Below are positions 16,127 through 26,178 of a stretch of DNA of 54,842 bases, piece by piece. The notes beneath the pieces were generated by a model, which was not told where the DNA came from, did no database searches, and was given only the letters and a program-made list of their open reading frames with translations. The DNA lies in the NCBI GenBank assembly GCA_018664115.1, contig JABJOX010000055.1, positions 1 through 54,842 of the forward strand, read 5' to 3'. This DNA comes from Candidatus Woesearchaeota archaeon (GTDB lineage: Archaea; Nanobdellota; Nanobdellia; Woesearchaeales; GW2011-AR9). The position numbers and the translations under genes were made by a program. Every line of letters starts with the position of its first letter. The first letter of the stretch is position 1.

Positions 16127-18476
16127 TCTGTCCACCTCCTGAATAAATATGATTTTCCAATTCATGAATTGCTTCAAAATATTGTTCTTTACCACCAAAG
16201 AAATTTATTATCTCAACTGGTGTTCCAAAATCACGTAAAGGATTTACTTTTAATACTTTTAAATCTTCCATATCTTCAATACCTTCATCAGTATATTTAT
16301 CTAGAAGAGCATTGATTACTGCACGAGCTTTCTCACCATATTTCGTAAAGTAATCTCTTTTCTTTACATTATCTGCTCGTTCTTTTCGTGTTAATGGTTT
16401 TTTGTCAAAAGCCACATGACAAATTAAATCAAATTCATCAAAGTCTTTCCCCACTTCATGTTTTAATTCATCAATTAATACACCCTGCTCTCGTAATTCA
16501 TTAAGAATTGCTGATTTCTTCTCGGCTGTATTCCACTTTTTTAAAAAATCATTAAGAGAACGATATTCCTCTTGTAATGTTTTTTTTGTAAAATCATTTA
16601 AAGTTTCAGTAATCAATTTTCCATCTTTATCATAATACTGAACTCTTTCATTAAGAACAGACACTTTTAGATTGTTGATATAATATTTTCTAGGTTTATC
16701 AGATGTTTCCCTGATTATGTCAACGGACGATTTAGTATCATAAATTATTTCCTCTTTTTCTACTTTTTTTGCTTCTTTTATCTTCAGCTCAGTTTCTAGT
16801 TTTGGTTCATATATTTGCACAGGTTCACCATCAAAGTCTGGATCGGCAAATAGATGAGTCACATGACGAAAGTCCATAATAGTAAAGTAATGTTTTCCAT
16901 AATCCTCCCTGATTCTTGTACCTCTTCCAATAATTTGTTTAAATTCGGTCATTGATTTAATATGACTATCAAGAACAATTAATTTACATGTTTGGGCATC
17001 TACCCCCGTAGTCATTAATTTTGAAGTAGTTGCAATAACTGGATATTTACTTGCAGGATCAATAAAATTATCTAACTGCTTTTTTCCAATATCATCATCA
17101 CCAGTTATTTTAAGAATATAATAGGGATTTTTAATCATTAAATCAGAATTTTCATTCGCAAGTGCCATTCTCATTCTTTCTGCATGGTCAATATCAACAC
17201 AAAATATAATAGATTTTGCAAATCTATCTCCACTATTCTTCAGAAATTCGCTAACTTTTTTAGCAACTAATCTTGTTCTGTCATCAATAACAATATTTCT
17301 ATCGTGATCAGTGACATTATATATCCTATCTGGAACATTATGGCCATACTTATCTTTCATTCCTTTTGTTGGCCTCCACCCCTCAACATCTTTATCAATA
17401 GAGATCCTTACAACTTTATAAGGCGCTAAAAATCCATCATCAATCCCCTGTTTTAATGAATAGGTATAAACTGGTTCACCAAAATAATCAATGTTAGAAA
17501 CTTCTTTAGTTTCTTTAGGTGTTGCAGTCATTCCAATTTGAGATGCTGTTGAAAAATATTCTAATATCTCTCGCCATGCAGAATCTTCTCTCGCACTTCC
17601 TCTATGACATTCATCAACCACAATTAAATCAAAGAAATCTCTAGAAAACTGTTTATAAATATTCTTCCAATCTTCATTTCCAGATAGACCCTGGTAAAGA
17701 GCTAAATAAACTTCATATGAAGTGTCAATATTTCTTTTTGTTACTTTGGTCATAATATCTTTAAATTTCTTAAAGTCATTATTTCTTGCTTGATCAACAA
17801 GAATGTTTCTATCTGCTAAAAATAAAATTCTTTTCTTTGCTTTTGATTTCCATAATTTATAAATAATCTGAGAAGCAACGAAAGTTTTTCCTGTTCCTGT
17901 TGCCATGACCAATAAGATTCTATCTTGTCCTTTGACAACAGCTTCAACAGCTTTATTAATAGCAACTTGTTGATAATATCGTGGCACTTTCCCTTTTTCT
18001 TCAAGATGATATTCTTGAGTGATTATTTCTTCTTCATTTTTATTAATTCCTTTCCATCTTTTGTAAGTATTCCATAATTCTATTGGACTTGGAAATCCAT
18101 CAATAGGGAGTTCTTTTTCAATCTCTTCTAATTGACCCGTCCTATCATGTAAAATAAAACCATCCCCATTAGAACTAAATACAAAAGGAATATCTAAAAT
18201 TTCTCCATATTCAATACCTTGTTGTAACCCAGAACCAATTGAATGTTTATTATCTTTAGCTTCAATAATTGCTATAGGGATATTAGGTTTGTAAAAAAGA
18301 ATATAATCAGCACGTTTTCTTTCCCCTCGCACAATCTTATCACCTTTGATAATGATTTTACCATTAGTAAAAGAATATTCCTCCCTAAAAATATCCCAAC
18401 CTGCTTGTTTTATTGCAGGAGTGATATACTTTGTACAAATGTCCCTTTCTGATAATTCTTTTTTATTCATTTTCAT
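16104..18476 (-). CDS. hsdR: type I restriction subunit (EcoAI/EcoEI-like, family IB)
   Basis: ADY..IEAK nuclease motif, MATGTGKT, DECHRG, QIIGRGTR and EcoEI-type C-terminus. Confidence 0.95.
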   Translation of the reverse strand: MKMNKKELSERDICTKYITPAIKQAGWDIFREEYSFTNGKIIIKGDKIVRGERKRADYILFYKPNIPIAIIEAKDNKHSIGSGLQQGIEYGEILDIPFVFSSNGDGFILHDRTGQLEEIEKELPIDGFPSPIELWNTYKRWKGINKNEEEIITQEYHLEEKGKVPRYYQQVAINKAVEAVVKGQDRILLVMATGTGKTFVASQIIYKLWKSKAKKRILFLADRNILVDQARNNDFKKFKDIMTKVTKRNIDTSYEVYLALYQGLSGNEDWKNIYKQFSRDFFDLIVVDECHRGSAREDSAWREILEYFSTASQIGMTATPKETKEVSNIDYFGEPVYTYSLKQGIDDGFLAPYKVVRISIDKDVEGWRPTKGMKDKYGHNVPDRIYNVTDHDRNIVIDDRTRLVAKKVSEFLKNSGDRFAKSIIFCVDIDHAERMRMALANENSDLMIKNPYYILKITGDDDIGKKQLDNFIDPASKYPVIATTSKLMTTGVDAQTCKLIVLDSHIKSMTEFKQIIGRGTRIREDYGKHYFTIMDFRHVTHLFADPDFDGEPVQIYEPKLETELKIKEAKKVEKEEIIYDTKSSVDIIRETSDKPRKYYINNLKVSVLNERVQYYDKDGKLITETLNDFTKKTLQEEYRSLNDFLKKWNTAEKKSAILNELREQGVLIDELKHEVGKDFDEFDLICHVAFDKKPLTRKERADNVKKRDYFTKYGEKARAVINALLDKYTDEGIEDMEDLKVLKVNPLRDFGTPVEIINFFGGKEQYFEAIHELENHIYSGGGQIGNIGSY

Positions 18477-19422
18477 TTTCCTCTAAATCATTTGTTTTCA
18501 ACCATTTGTTAAAAACTTTAGCAAATTTCTCAGCATTTTCAATTAACCAAGTAAACTGTTGTTTTTGATCATCTTCATCAGTGAAATCAGCTTTCTTTTC
18601 AATTTTTACTTGACAAAACTTATTCATCCTATACCAACCCGATTCAATACCTAAATCAGATTCAATTTCTTCTTTTCGTTCTTCTAATTTATCCATTATT
18701 GATTTAGGATCAAATTTAGATGAATTTATATAAACCCCACAAGTAATTAAATTTTTTCTTGAATCAACTGTTAACGTAACATGGGCATGAGAACTTCCTA
18801 AACTGAAATTATACCAATGTCGTGGTCGTGCTTTTCTAAAACTTAAAACGGATCCTTTTTTTGTAGCAAAATCTTGAAATTCTTTCCAATAATTTAATTG
18901 TGCTAATTTAGTTTCAGTTAATTGTTCATTCTTAACAGCTTGTTTGATTGTCTTCGCCCAGTCATTTGGACTTTCAATAATTTTAAAATGGGGTGCAGAT
19001 AATGATTCACCAATTTTCCACAGTTCTAATTCTATTGCAAAAAAATGAGTGTCTTCATCGGTTTTTCTGTTTAACCATTCAATTGCACTTTTATGTTCAT
19101 CATTAACTCTTTTACAAATCCAAATAATCATCTTTGCCTCATGGCCAGAGGCATAAGTGATTAGTTTTCCTAAATGATCATGATCTGTAGGTTCTAATTG
19201 ATTTTCGATTAAAACTACTTTTTCAGAATTTGCTTCTTTAGCTAAAATATCGGAATTATATTTTCCAACACTGGCTTCAGTTTCCACCATTTCAAGTTCG
19301 ATGTCAATAGCATCACCAAGAAGTTTTAGATTTTCTTCTTTAGCAAGCCAGGTAGTAAAATCATATGCTTCATGTTTCCATCCCTCTCTTAAATCCACTT
19401 TTGATAATTTTCCAAATTCCAT
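18463..19422 (-). CDS. DUF4268 protein with N-terminal NucS-like PD-(D/E)xK nuclease (start ATG 19422)
   Basis: WKHEAYDFTTWL, DILA...IENQL..TDHDHLGKLITYA and YW..F. Confidence 0.85.
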   Translation of the reverse strand: MEFGKLSKVDLREGWKHEAYDFTTWLAKEENLKLLGDAIDIELEMVETEASVGKYNSDILAKEANSEKVVLIENQLEPTDHDHLGKLITYASGHEAKMIIWICKRVNDEHKSAIEWLNRKTDEDTHFFAIELELWKIGESLSAPHFKIIESPNDWAKTIKQAVKNEQLTETKLAQLNYWKEFQDFATKKGSVLSFRKARPRHWYNFSLGSSHAHVTLTVDSRKNLITCGVYINSSKFDPKSIMDKLEERKEEIESDLGIESGWYRMNKFCQVKIEKKADFTDEDDQKQQFTWLIENAEKFAKVFNKWLKTNDLEENENE

Positions 19423-19447
19423 TTTATAATACTCCAGTCCCCATTTT

Positions 19448-20791
19448 TTATAAACTTTCCTCCATTTTAAACAATCCATTCAAATGTAACAGATTAAACC
19501 CTGCCCGAAAGTCTTCAGAGATTCCAAAATTATTGTCTTTGAAATCTAACCAAGTACCTTTCAAAGCTTTCTGAGTTTGGCCCATTTTCGTTAAAAGTTT
19601 ACAATAATCTTCTTCATCAATGTCTTTGATTACAAAAACATATTTCTTTGCTATTTTACCATCCATGTAACGTAAGATTCTACCATCGCGCTGAATTGAT
19701 TGCCGTTTAGTTTTAGTAAAACTTACTAAAACTCCAATAGAAGCATCAGGTACATCAAAACCCTCATCAACAATTCTAGCAGCAACCAAAATCCCATTAC
19801 TACTTTGCTTAAAACCGGCCAATTGTTGATGTTGTTCTTTTTTCTTTAATCCGCTATGAATTACAAAGATTTTCCTGTCAGGATAACTTTTTTTCAAAAC
19901 TAAGTTTATTTTTTCAACAAAACTAATTCGATCACAGAAAATAATTGTTTTTTTATCTAAACTGTTTGCTAAACCTCTGACTGCTTTTAATTTATTAAAA
20001 GCAGTAAAACGAATATTTTCCATCTTTCTAATTACGCCAATATAAGCTTTAGCTTCATCAACACCGGCTTCAGATAATTCTTTCAATTTCTTAAAAAAGT
20101 TCTTACTATTAGGATTTAAACCGTACAGTCTTTTCAATTTAGATAAAAAAACCCCTAATTTTTTCCTAAAAGTGTTATATCTTTCTGACTCATCTCCAGT
20201 TAATTCTACTCTAATCATATTAAAATCCATTGGTGCAAGTTCAACATGTTCTTTAGGTACATCAATCTTAGTCCCAAAATATTTAACAATTTCTTTAGTG
20301 CCTTCAGAATCATATTCTCTGTCTGGAGTTGCACTAATTCCCAACTTATAAGAAAATTCAATTTTCAACAAATCTTTATAAGTTTCTGCACCAACATGAT
20401 GAACTTCATCATGGATAACAAAATCAAATTTATTTTCCAATTGTTGATAAAAAAGATTTCTATCTCTGGCTGCAGAATTAATGACATAAATCATAAACTT
20501 CTTACCTGAAGAATTATCTTTTTTAGGTCCATAAAATTCGCCAATCTCTTCCTCTGAAACTCCAAGAAACTTAACCAATTCTTTCCTCCACTGTTTCAAC
20601 AAATTAATTGTTGGAACAACAATTACTGTTTTCAATCCAGGTTTTCTAAACCTCAACAAATCTATAGCCATCATCGCAAAAACAGTTTTGCCAGCAGCAG
20701 TAGGAGCTTCTACTAAAGCTGAATAATTTACATTAGAGAGCTCTTTCAAAGCCTTTTCCTGCCACAAGCGAGGTCTGAAATTAGTTTTCAT
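19448..20791 (-). CDS. SF2 DExH helicase, XPB/Rad25-like
   Basis: RLWQ, APTAAGKT, DEVHH, SATP, DEGFDVP and QRDGRILR. Confidence 0.9.
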   Translation of the reverse strand: MKTNFRPRLWQEKALKELSNVNYSALVEAPTAAGKTVFAMMAIDLLRFRKPGLKTVIVVPTINLLKQWRKELVKFLGVSEEEIGEFYGPKKDNSSGKKFMIYVINSAARDRNLFYQQLENKFDFVIHDEVHHVGAETYKDLLKIEFSYKLGISATPDREYDSEGTKEIVKYFGTKIDVPKEHVELAPMDFNMIRVELTGDESERYNTFRKKLGVFLSKLKRLYGLNPNSKNFFKKLKELSEAGVDEAKAYIGVIRKMENIRFTAFNKLKAVRGLANSLDKKTIIFCDRISFVEKINLVLKKSYPDRKIFVIHSGLKKKEQHQQLAGFKQSSNGILVAARIVDEGFDVPDASIGVLVSFTKTKRQSIQRDGRILRYMDGKIAKKYVFVIKDIDEEDYCKLLTKMGQTQKALKGTWLDFKDNNFGISEDFRAGFNLLHLNGLFKMEESL

Positions 20792-20793
20792 TT

Positions 20794-22173
20794 TTATATA
20801 TTCACATTAGCAGTATTAGAACCACTAGCTAATTGTTGTAAATTAGCTTTTCCCAATAAAAGCTGAATTTTATTTGCTAAATCTATTAATGAATTGCTAT
20901 AAGATGAAAGTTTCATCTCAGTCATTGAATTACTATTAATTTCATTAATAGCTTCTTCATCTGTTTTACATTCAGTAATTATTCTTGAAGTTTCTTCGAG
21001 ATAACTAAGATGGCTGCTAATCTGGCTTAAAAGTTCAGTATGTTTTGAAATTGTTGCCGGCTTTTCAGAATCCATCTTCTCAATATCACTAGCATACACA
21101 GTCTCAGAAATCAACATTTCTCCATCATTATCTAAAGATTTAACTAATTCTTTAAACTCTGCAAGATTAGGTATATTTCCTGTTTCTTTTTGTATTTCCA
21201 ATAATTTTTCAATTTTGTCCCTCTTTAAACATTTTGTAGTAAACAAAGGTCTTAATGGATTTAAGTATTCTTTGAGAGCTTTCGCTGCCGCTTTATACTT
21301 ATCTGATTGTTCCAAAAATAGATTTTTTGTAAAATTCACATCACAAAAATCAAAATTTAATTCACCACAAATTAAAGCCCTCTCTCCATGAATCCCAACT
21401 CCTATTTTATCATTTACTTTTATGATTCTCTTATTTTTATACAAATCAAAACCATATTCTTGATGTTTCTGTGACCGCTTAGTTTGTATTCTTAACACCC
21501 CAGTAATAATATCATCTTTTTCAGTTGTAATTGAAATTGGTTCTTCCATGATGTAATTATTTTTTTGAGGTATACATTTATAACCCTCTACAAATATCTC
21601 AATTTCTCCAGAATTAATAAATGCTTTATATCTTTCAGCGAGATATTCATTTAATCGGTCTGATTTCTTGCAGGTAGGAGTAAATAATAAATCGCTAATA
21701 ATTATTTCTGTTCCACTTGTAAAATCATTAGTAGAAGGATAACTTTTTATTGAAACTTCCCAATTATTTTTTTTTTCAAATTCTACTTTATCAAATTCAA
21801 CAATGTATTCTTCTTTAGAATTATTTTGTTTTGTTCTAATCGTTAGGATATTGCCTAAAGATAGACCCGCAGTTTTCATTCCTAAACCAAAAAAACCTAA
21901 TTTGCCTTTTTTACTTGATTTTCCCAAAACAATAGCCGCTCTTGCAGTTTCTTTATCCATACCTTTACCATTATCTTTAATGGATACTTCTTTACTAAAT
22001 TCATCAAGTTCTAAATCTATCTTAAGTTTCTTTCCAGGTATCCTGGCATCAATAGAATTATCCACTAATTCACTTATTGCATCTCTTAAATTATATCCTA
22101 CTTGTCCTAAATGCCCATATATTTTTGTATCTGGTACTGCATTAAATTTTTCAATTTTCATTTTTGTATTCAT
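20794..22173 (-). CDS. MORC-type GHKL ATPase
   Basis: AISELVDNSIDA, DNGKGM, LGFFGLGMKTA and GTEIII; S5-like middle domain; helical tail. Confidence 0.88.
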   Translation of the reverse strand: MNTKMKIEKFNAVPDTKIYGHLGQVGYNLRDAISELVDNSIDARIPGKKLKIDLELDEFSKEVSIKDNGKGMDKETARAAIVLGKSSKKGKLGFFGLGMKTAGLSLGNILTIRTKQNNSKEEYIVEFDKVEFEKKNNWEVSIKSYPSTNDFTSGTEIIISDLLFTPTCKKSDRLNEYLAERYKAFINSGEIEIFVEGYKCIPQKNNYIMEEPISITTEKDDIITGVLRIQTKRSQKHQEYGFDLYKNKRIIKVNDKIGVGIHGERALICGELNFDFCDVNFTKNLFLEQSDKYKAAAKALKEYLNPLRPLFTTKCLKRDKIEKLLEIQKETGNIPNLAEFKELVKSLDNDGEMLISETVYASDIEKMDSEKPATISKHTELLSQISSHLSYLEETSRIITECKTDEEAINEINSNSMTEMKLSSYSNSLIDLANKIQLLLGKANLQQLASGSNTANVNI

Positions 22174-22176
22174 TTT

Positions 22177-22317
22177 TTATACCCCTAGTGCTTTAATATG
22201 ATTGGGTGCACTAATCCCATATATTTTTTCTAACGCTCTTTGATTTCCCGTATGAATAAAACCCACAAAAGGAGTTTTTATTCCCCACCTAAATTTTTGT
22301 GTTTGTTTTTTTTGCAT
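22177..22317 (-). CDS. 46-aa leader micro-protein of the MORC operon (not in ORF track)
   Basis: MQKKQTQKFRWGIKTPFVGFIHTGNQRALEKIYGISAPNHIKALGV; SD GAGGTG; stop 3 nt before the MORC ATG. Confidence 0.5.
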   Translation of the reverse strand: MQKKQTQKFRWGIKTPFVGFIHTGNQRALEKIYGISAPNHIKALGV

Positions 22318-22489
22318 ATTTGACACCTCTTTCACAAGTATTGCTTCCAAAACTTGATAGTTTTATGATGAATAAACTGATATATGTACTTTTTGGGTGT
22401 AATAAACACATTTTAAGAAAAATACACATTTTGTTTATTTTTGTTTATTAAACGAAATATTTAAATAATCAAAGTCATTTATTACAAAG

Positions 22490-23434
22490 ATGGTAACAAG
22501 AAAAATAGTTCAACACGGAAGTTCTTCACTAACTGTAACATTACCTAAAAAATGGGTTGAAAAAAATAATTTAAAAAAAGGAAACGAGATTAAAGTTGAT
22601 GAAAAGGGAACATATCTGGTTATCGGAGGAAAAGGAAAACATATTAAATCAAAAACAACAATTACTATTCCTAATGATATGCCTTCTTCTGCATTAATGC
22701 ATTATACCGCAGCCCTTTATAGAGCAGGTTATGATCATGTTAAATTTATTTTTTCAACAGCAGAAGCATATAATAACATTGCAAAAGTTACAGGAAATGA
22801 CTTAAATAGTTGGGATATAATAGAAAATAAAAAAAATTCTTGTGTTATTGATTCTATTTCTTCTTTAGATCACACTCAATTTGAAAATGTCCTAAAAAGA
22901 TTACTATATGGGATTACAGAATTATCAACGGACAGTTTAGAAGCAATTAAAAATAAAAATATTGAAGAAATTAAATTAGCACAAACAAAAGAAAACACGA
23001 TTAATAGAAATGCAAATTTCTGTGAAAGAATTTTGATAAAAGAGGGGTATAAAGAACCAGATAAGATACCATTCTTATTTTATATCATAAAAGAGTTAGA
23101 AAATATCGGAGATGAATATAATGGTATTTGTTATTGTTATCTAAAAGATGGTAAAATAAATAAAAAAACACTAGAATTATACAAAGAAATTAATGATCTT
23201 TTAAATGAATTTAAAAAACTTTACCTAAAAGAAGAAGCACAGAAACCGTTGAATATTCAAAATGCAGCAGAATTACATTCAAAAATAAAAGAAAAACAAA
23301 AAATAGGATATAAACTTCTTGCAGGAAATCAAACTGATGACTGTATATTACATCACTTAATAACAGTGTTACGAAAAACAAAATCTTGTTTAGGTTGTTT
23401 GTTTTCAATAATGATTGCTGAGAAAAAAAATTAA
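22490..23434 (+). CDS. AbrB-PhoU-type archaeal regulator
   Basis: RKIVQHGSSSLTVTLPKKW AbrB domain, ALYRAGYD and ELENIGDEY PhoU-like helices. Confidence 0.85.
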   Translation: MVTRKIVQHGSSSLTVTLPKKWVEKNNLKKGNEIKVDEKGTYLVIGGKGKHIKSKTTITIPNDMPSSALMHYTAALYRAGYDHVKFIFSTAEAYNNIAKVTGNDLNSWDIIENKKNSCVIDSISSLDHTQFENVLKRLLYGITELSTDSLEAIKNKNIEEIKLAQTKENTINRNANFCERILIKEGYKEPDKIPFLFYIIKELENIGDEYNGICYCYLKDGKINKKTLELYKEINDLLNEFKKLYLKEEAQKPLNIQNAAELHSKIKEKQKIGYKLLAGNQTDDCILHHLITVLRKTKSCLGCLFSIMIAEKKN

Positions 23435-23459
23435 ACTATTGGATTCTATTTTATAATTA

Positions 23460-23729
23460 TCACAACATTTCTCTCATAAATAACCATTGTTCTGTTTTTT
23501 CTGGATTGATTTTGTTCTTCTTAGCATATTCAATTATTCTTTTTCTTAATTCTGACTGTTGATGGTTTCTAGCAGTAGTTCGTAATGTTCTAATTGTATG
23601 AACTTTACTTTTATTGGTTGAAATTAAATGCATATTAGATATTAATTTACAGACAAGCTTACTAAAATAATCATCATTCTCAAAAAGTTTTTCTAAACGA
23701 GGAAACTTTTGTTCAATATTAACTTTCAA
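23460..23729 (-). CDS. hypothetical protein
   Basis: 89-aa ORF co-oriented with the operon. Confidence 0.45.
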   Translation of the reverse strand: MKVNIEQKFPRLEKLFENDDYFSKLVCKLISNMHLISTNKSKVHTIRTLRTTARNHQQSELRKRIIEYAKKNKINPEKTEQWLFMREML

Positions 23730-23742
23730 CTTTTTTATTCGT

Positions 23743-24048
23743 TCATATTCCAGTTTTTCTTTTTTTTTTTTGAGATTTTAAACCAAGAATACCGTATCTA
23801 ATTAAGTATGTTTTCTCTTTTTTAATTTCTTTAAGATATTCTTCTTTTTGAATATCACCATCTGGTCTTCTATTTCCAAACCTTTTCTTTTTTCTCAGTT
23901 TATTAATTTTTTTCTGTAATTTTGAACCAAGCAGACCAAATTTGATCATATCTTTTTGCTCTAAATTCTTTTTTTTAATTTTAAGGTATTCTTCTTTAGA
24001 AAGATAACCGCCTGGTTTTCCATTCCCGCGTTTTTTCTTTTTTTTCAT
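23743..24048 (-). CDS. highly basic protein made of two about 50-aa repeats
   Basis: KKK.GN.(K/R)P.G...KEEYLK.....I(K/R)(F/Y)G.LG.K.QKK occurs twice. Confidence 0.55.
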   Translation of the reverse strand: MKKKKKRGNGKPGGYLSKEEYLKIKKKNLEQKDMIKFGLLGSKLQKKINKLRKKKRFGNRRPDGDIQKEEYLKEIKKEKTYLIRYGILGLKSQKKKRKTGI

Positions 24049-24130
24049 TTTTTAAAAGATCATAAAAAATTATGGATTAACTTTCTCCAATTCTTCAATT
24101 TTAGTTATAATTTCACCCATTAATTATTCT

Positions 24131-25561
24131 TTATTTCGTTAATTCCTTTAACCCATCAACAATCCAGATCATCCCTTCGGTATCCAGTTCGCAATACTTC
24201 AATAAATCCGCACGGACATCAGGACCATCTTCATAAGTCATCTTTAAATAAGATATCAATGCTAAACTACCATCGTTAATGTTTAAGTCAGCGTACGGAT
24301 TTTTACCAACTATAGCTGGTAAAACAGACTTTAACCCGCATTTACCTTTTTGTTTAGGATTGTAATATGAAAAAGTCTTAAATGGAACGATTAAATCTAC
24401 TACTCTACTGACAACAGATTCAACCCAATCTTTGTAAGCAGGAAAAACCAAAGCCATTTCTCTCAACATTCTAATTTCAAAAGATTGATTATAAGTGAGA
24501 ATAGTTCCTTTATCTCCCAAAACTTCTTTCAAAGTTTTAAGAAACTCTTCCCGGGGATCATCTTTAGATGAAGCTAAAAATTCATAATGCTTCCCTGAAA
24601 CATGTAAAGACCATTGAAATGATACTTGTTGGTATGGCCTTGTCCCATCCAACACAGGAACAGCAGACATAAAAGTTTCAAAATCTAAATAATTAACAGG
24701 TTCTTTCAAACTACCCAAAAATTTCTTCAATTCTTGCTTGTTAACATGAACAGTTTCATTTTTCTCACAAGCATGTTGAATACCTTGCTTATCATTAAGC
24801 AAATCTATTGGAACGTCTGTTAATAACTGCATTCCATCATCTAACCATTGAAACGCTTTCTTCTTTCTAATGTTATACAAATCAAACACAGAAGAAGATG
24901 GTAAGAAACCCCAACATTCATCTTCTAAAGGACAATCGTAAGGGTCAGCACAATCTAAAGAAATATTAACATCAGGACATAAATCACTTTTCATAACATT
25001 AATCATGTTTTCTATCCTTTCTTCAATACCAACAATAAATTCTTCAACTTGTGAGGTGATATCTTCTTTAGTAAGAATTTGGTTAGGATCAATCTCTCCA
25101 TTTTTAACAAACTTATTATTAATATGAGCAAGAAAACATTTCCTAATTTTTAATCCTGCTTTTTCATAAACATGTTTCTGAAAAGAAACATCGTGAATAT
25201 TAATGTCTTTAATGGAAGTACCACTTTTAACTTCAAGAATGTCCCATTCATCTCCTACTGGAATTAATATGTCTGCTCTTGAATATAAATTGCCCACCAT
25301 AAACGCAGGTTCAAAAAGTGGTTTACCTAAACCAAGAACTTCTTTAGTTTTTTCTAAGTTTTTCTTAAAATCTGCTTCAGGGATATCAATACCTTCAGGA
25401 TATAACTTTTTAGCTAAATGTCCAACTTTATGACCTTGGTCAAATAAGTGTTGGGTAGCTAAATCATGTTCAGGAAGCCTATCTTTCTCATGTAAAGATA
25501 CCCAGAAGTACTTTAAGCATTGTAATCCGTTCAAGTATTTAGATTTTGATAGTAGTGTCAT
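24131..25561 (-). CDS. DUF2779 protein (RecB/Cas4-like nuclease plus RNase H-like domain)
   Basis: LSKSKYLNGLQC.K, RADIL...ILEVKS, C..PYDCP, YLDFET, YNQSFE and LLKYCELDT. Confidence 0.85.
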   Translation of the reverse strand: MTLLSKSKYLNGLQCLKYFWVSLHEKDRLPEHDLATQHLFDQGHKVGHLAKKLYPEGIDIPEADFKKNLEKTKEVLGLGKPLFEPAFMVGNLYSRADILIPVGDEWDILEVKSGTSIKDINIHDVSFQKHVYEKAGLKIRKCFLAHINNKFVKNGEIDPNQILTKEDITSQVEEFIVGIEERIENMINVMKSDLCPDVNISLDCADPYDCPLEDECWGFLPSSSVFDLYNIRKKKAFQWLDDGMQLLTDVPIDLLNDKQGIQHACEKNETVHVNKQELKKFLGSLKEPVNYLDFETFMSAVPVLDGTRPYQQVSFQWSLHVSGKHYEFLASSKDDPREEFLKTLKEVLGDKGTILTYNQSFEIRMLREMALVFPAYKDWVESVVSRVVDLIVPFKTFSYYNPKQKGKCGLKSVLPAIVGKNPYADLNINDGSLALISYLKMTYEDGPDVRADLLKYCELDTEGMIWIVDGLKELTK

Positions 25562-26178
25562 TTTATGTCTCCCCCTAATTCTTTGATTTCTTTCAAGATT
25601 TTATCTCTTTTCTCTTTAATATATTCATCAACATCACCTTTTGGAAGTTGTCCTAAGTTCATTCCCCATTGAATCATTTCTTTTTTCTTAGTTGTTCCCC
25701 AATGGTAATAATGTTCTTTTAACTCTTCAATCTTTTTCTCTTTAGCTTTTTCTTTCTTTTTCTGGACTTCTGCTTCTTTCTTTGCCAAAACTTTTTCAGT
25801 CATATATTTTTCAATTATTTCTGGAGTAAAACCGGTTGTAATATCTATCCCACTATCTTTTGCCCATTTTGAAATATCATAATTTACCGCTCCCCTTCTG
25901 TGATCTATAGCAAACCAACTTCTGCCTGTTGCTAAAGATATTTCTTCACTAGTTTTTGTAGGCAAACATAATTGATAAGTTTCATTAGCTGTCCATTCGC
26001 AAGGAAAAGTTTTCTGTTGACCTAATCTTTTTCTATTAAAAGCATTAACATTCTCAAATTCAACAACTTCAAATATCCTTCCCAGTAACTCAATTAATTT
26101 TTCTTTCTGTTCTTCTGTAACCTCAATAGGATGTTCAAAGTCAAGATGTTTTTTTGTACCCACAAGTAATCTCATCAT
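25558..26178 (-). CDS. hypothetical protein with Myb/SANT-like HTH motif
   Basis: WTANE..L....TSEEISLATGRSWFAIDHRR; paralog of the next ORF. Confidence 0.55.
   Translation of the reverse strand: MMRLLVGTKKHLDFEHPIEVTEEQKEKLIELLGRIFEVVEFENVNAFNRKRLGQQKTFPCEWTANETYQLCLPTKTSEEISLATGRSWFAIDHRRGAVNYDISKWAKDSGIDITTGFTPEIIEKYMTEKVLAKKEAEVQKKKEKAKEKKIEELKEHYYHWGTTKKKEMIQWGMNLGQLPKGDVDEYIKEKRDKILKEIKELGGDIK

Noticed and set aside
16127-16198. Long N-terminal extensions in the ORF track (hsdM; also 3336, 19479, 27297, 37314, 39459)
   Set aside because: They overlap upstream genes or promoters; SD position and motif starts favour the downstream starts.
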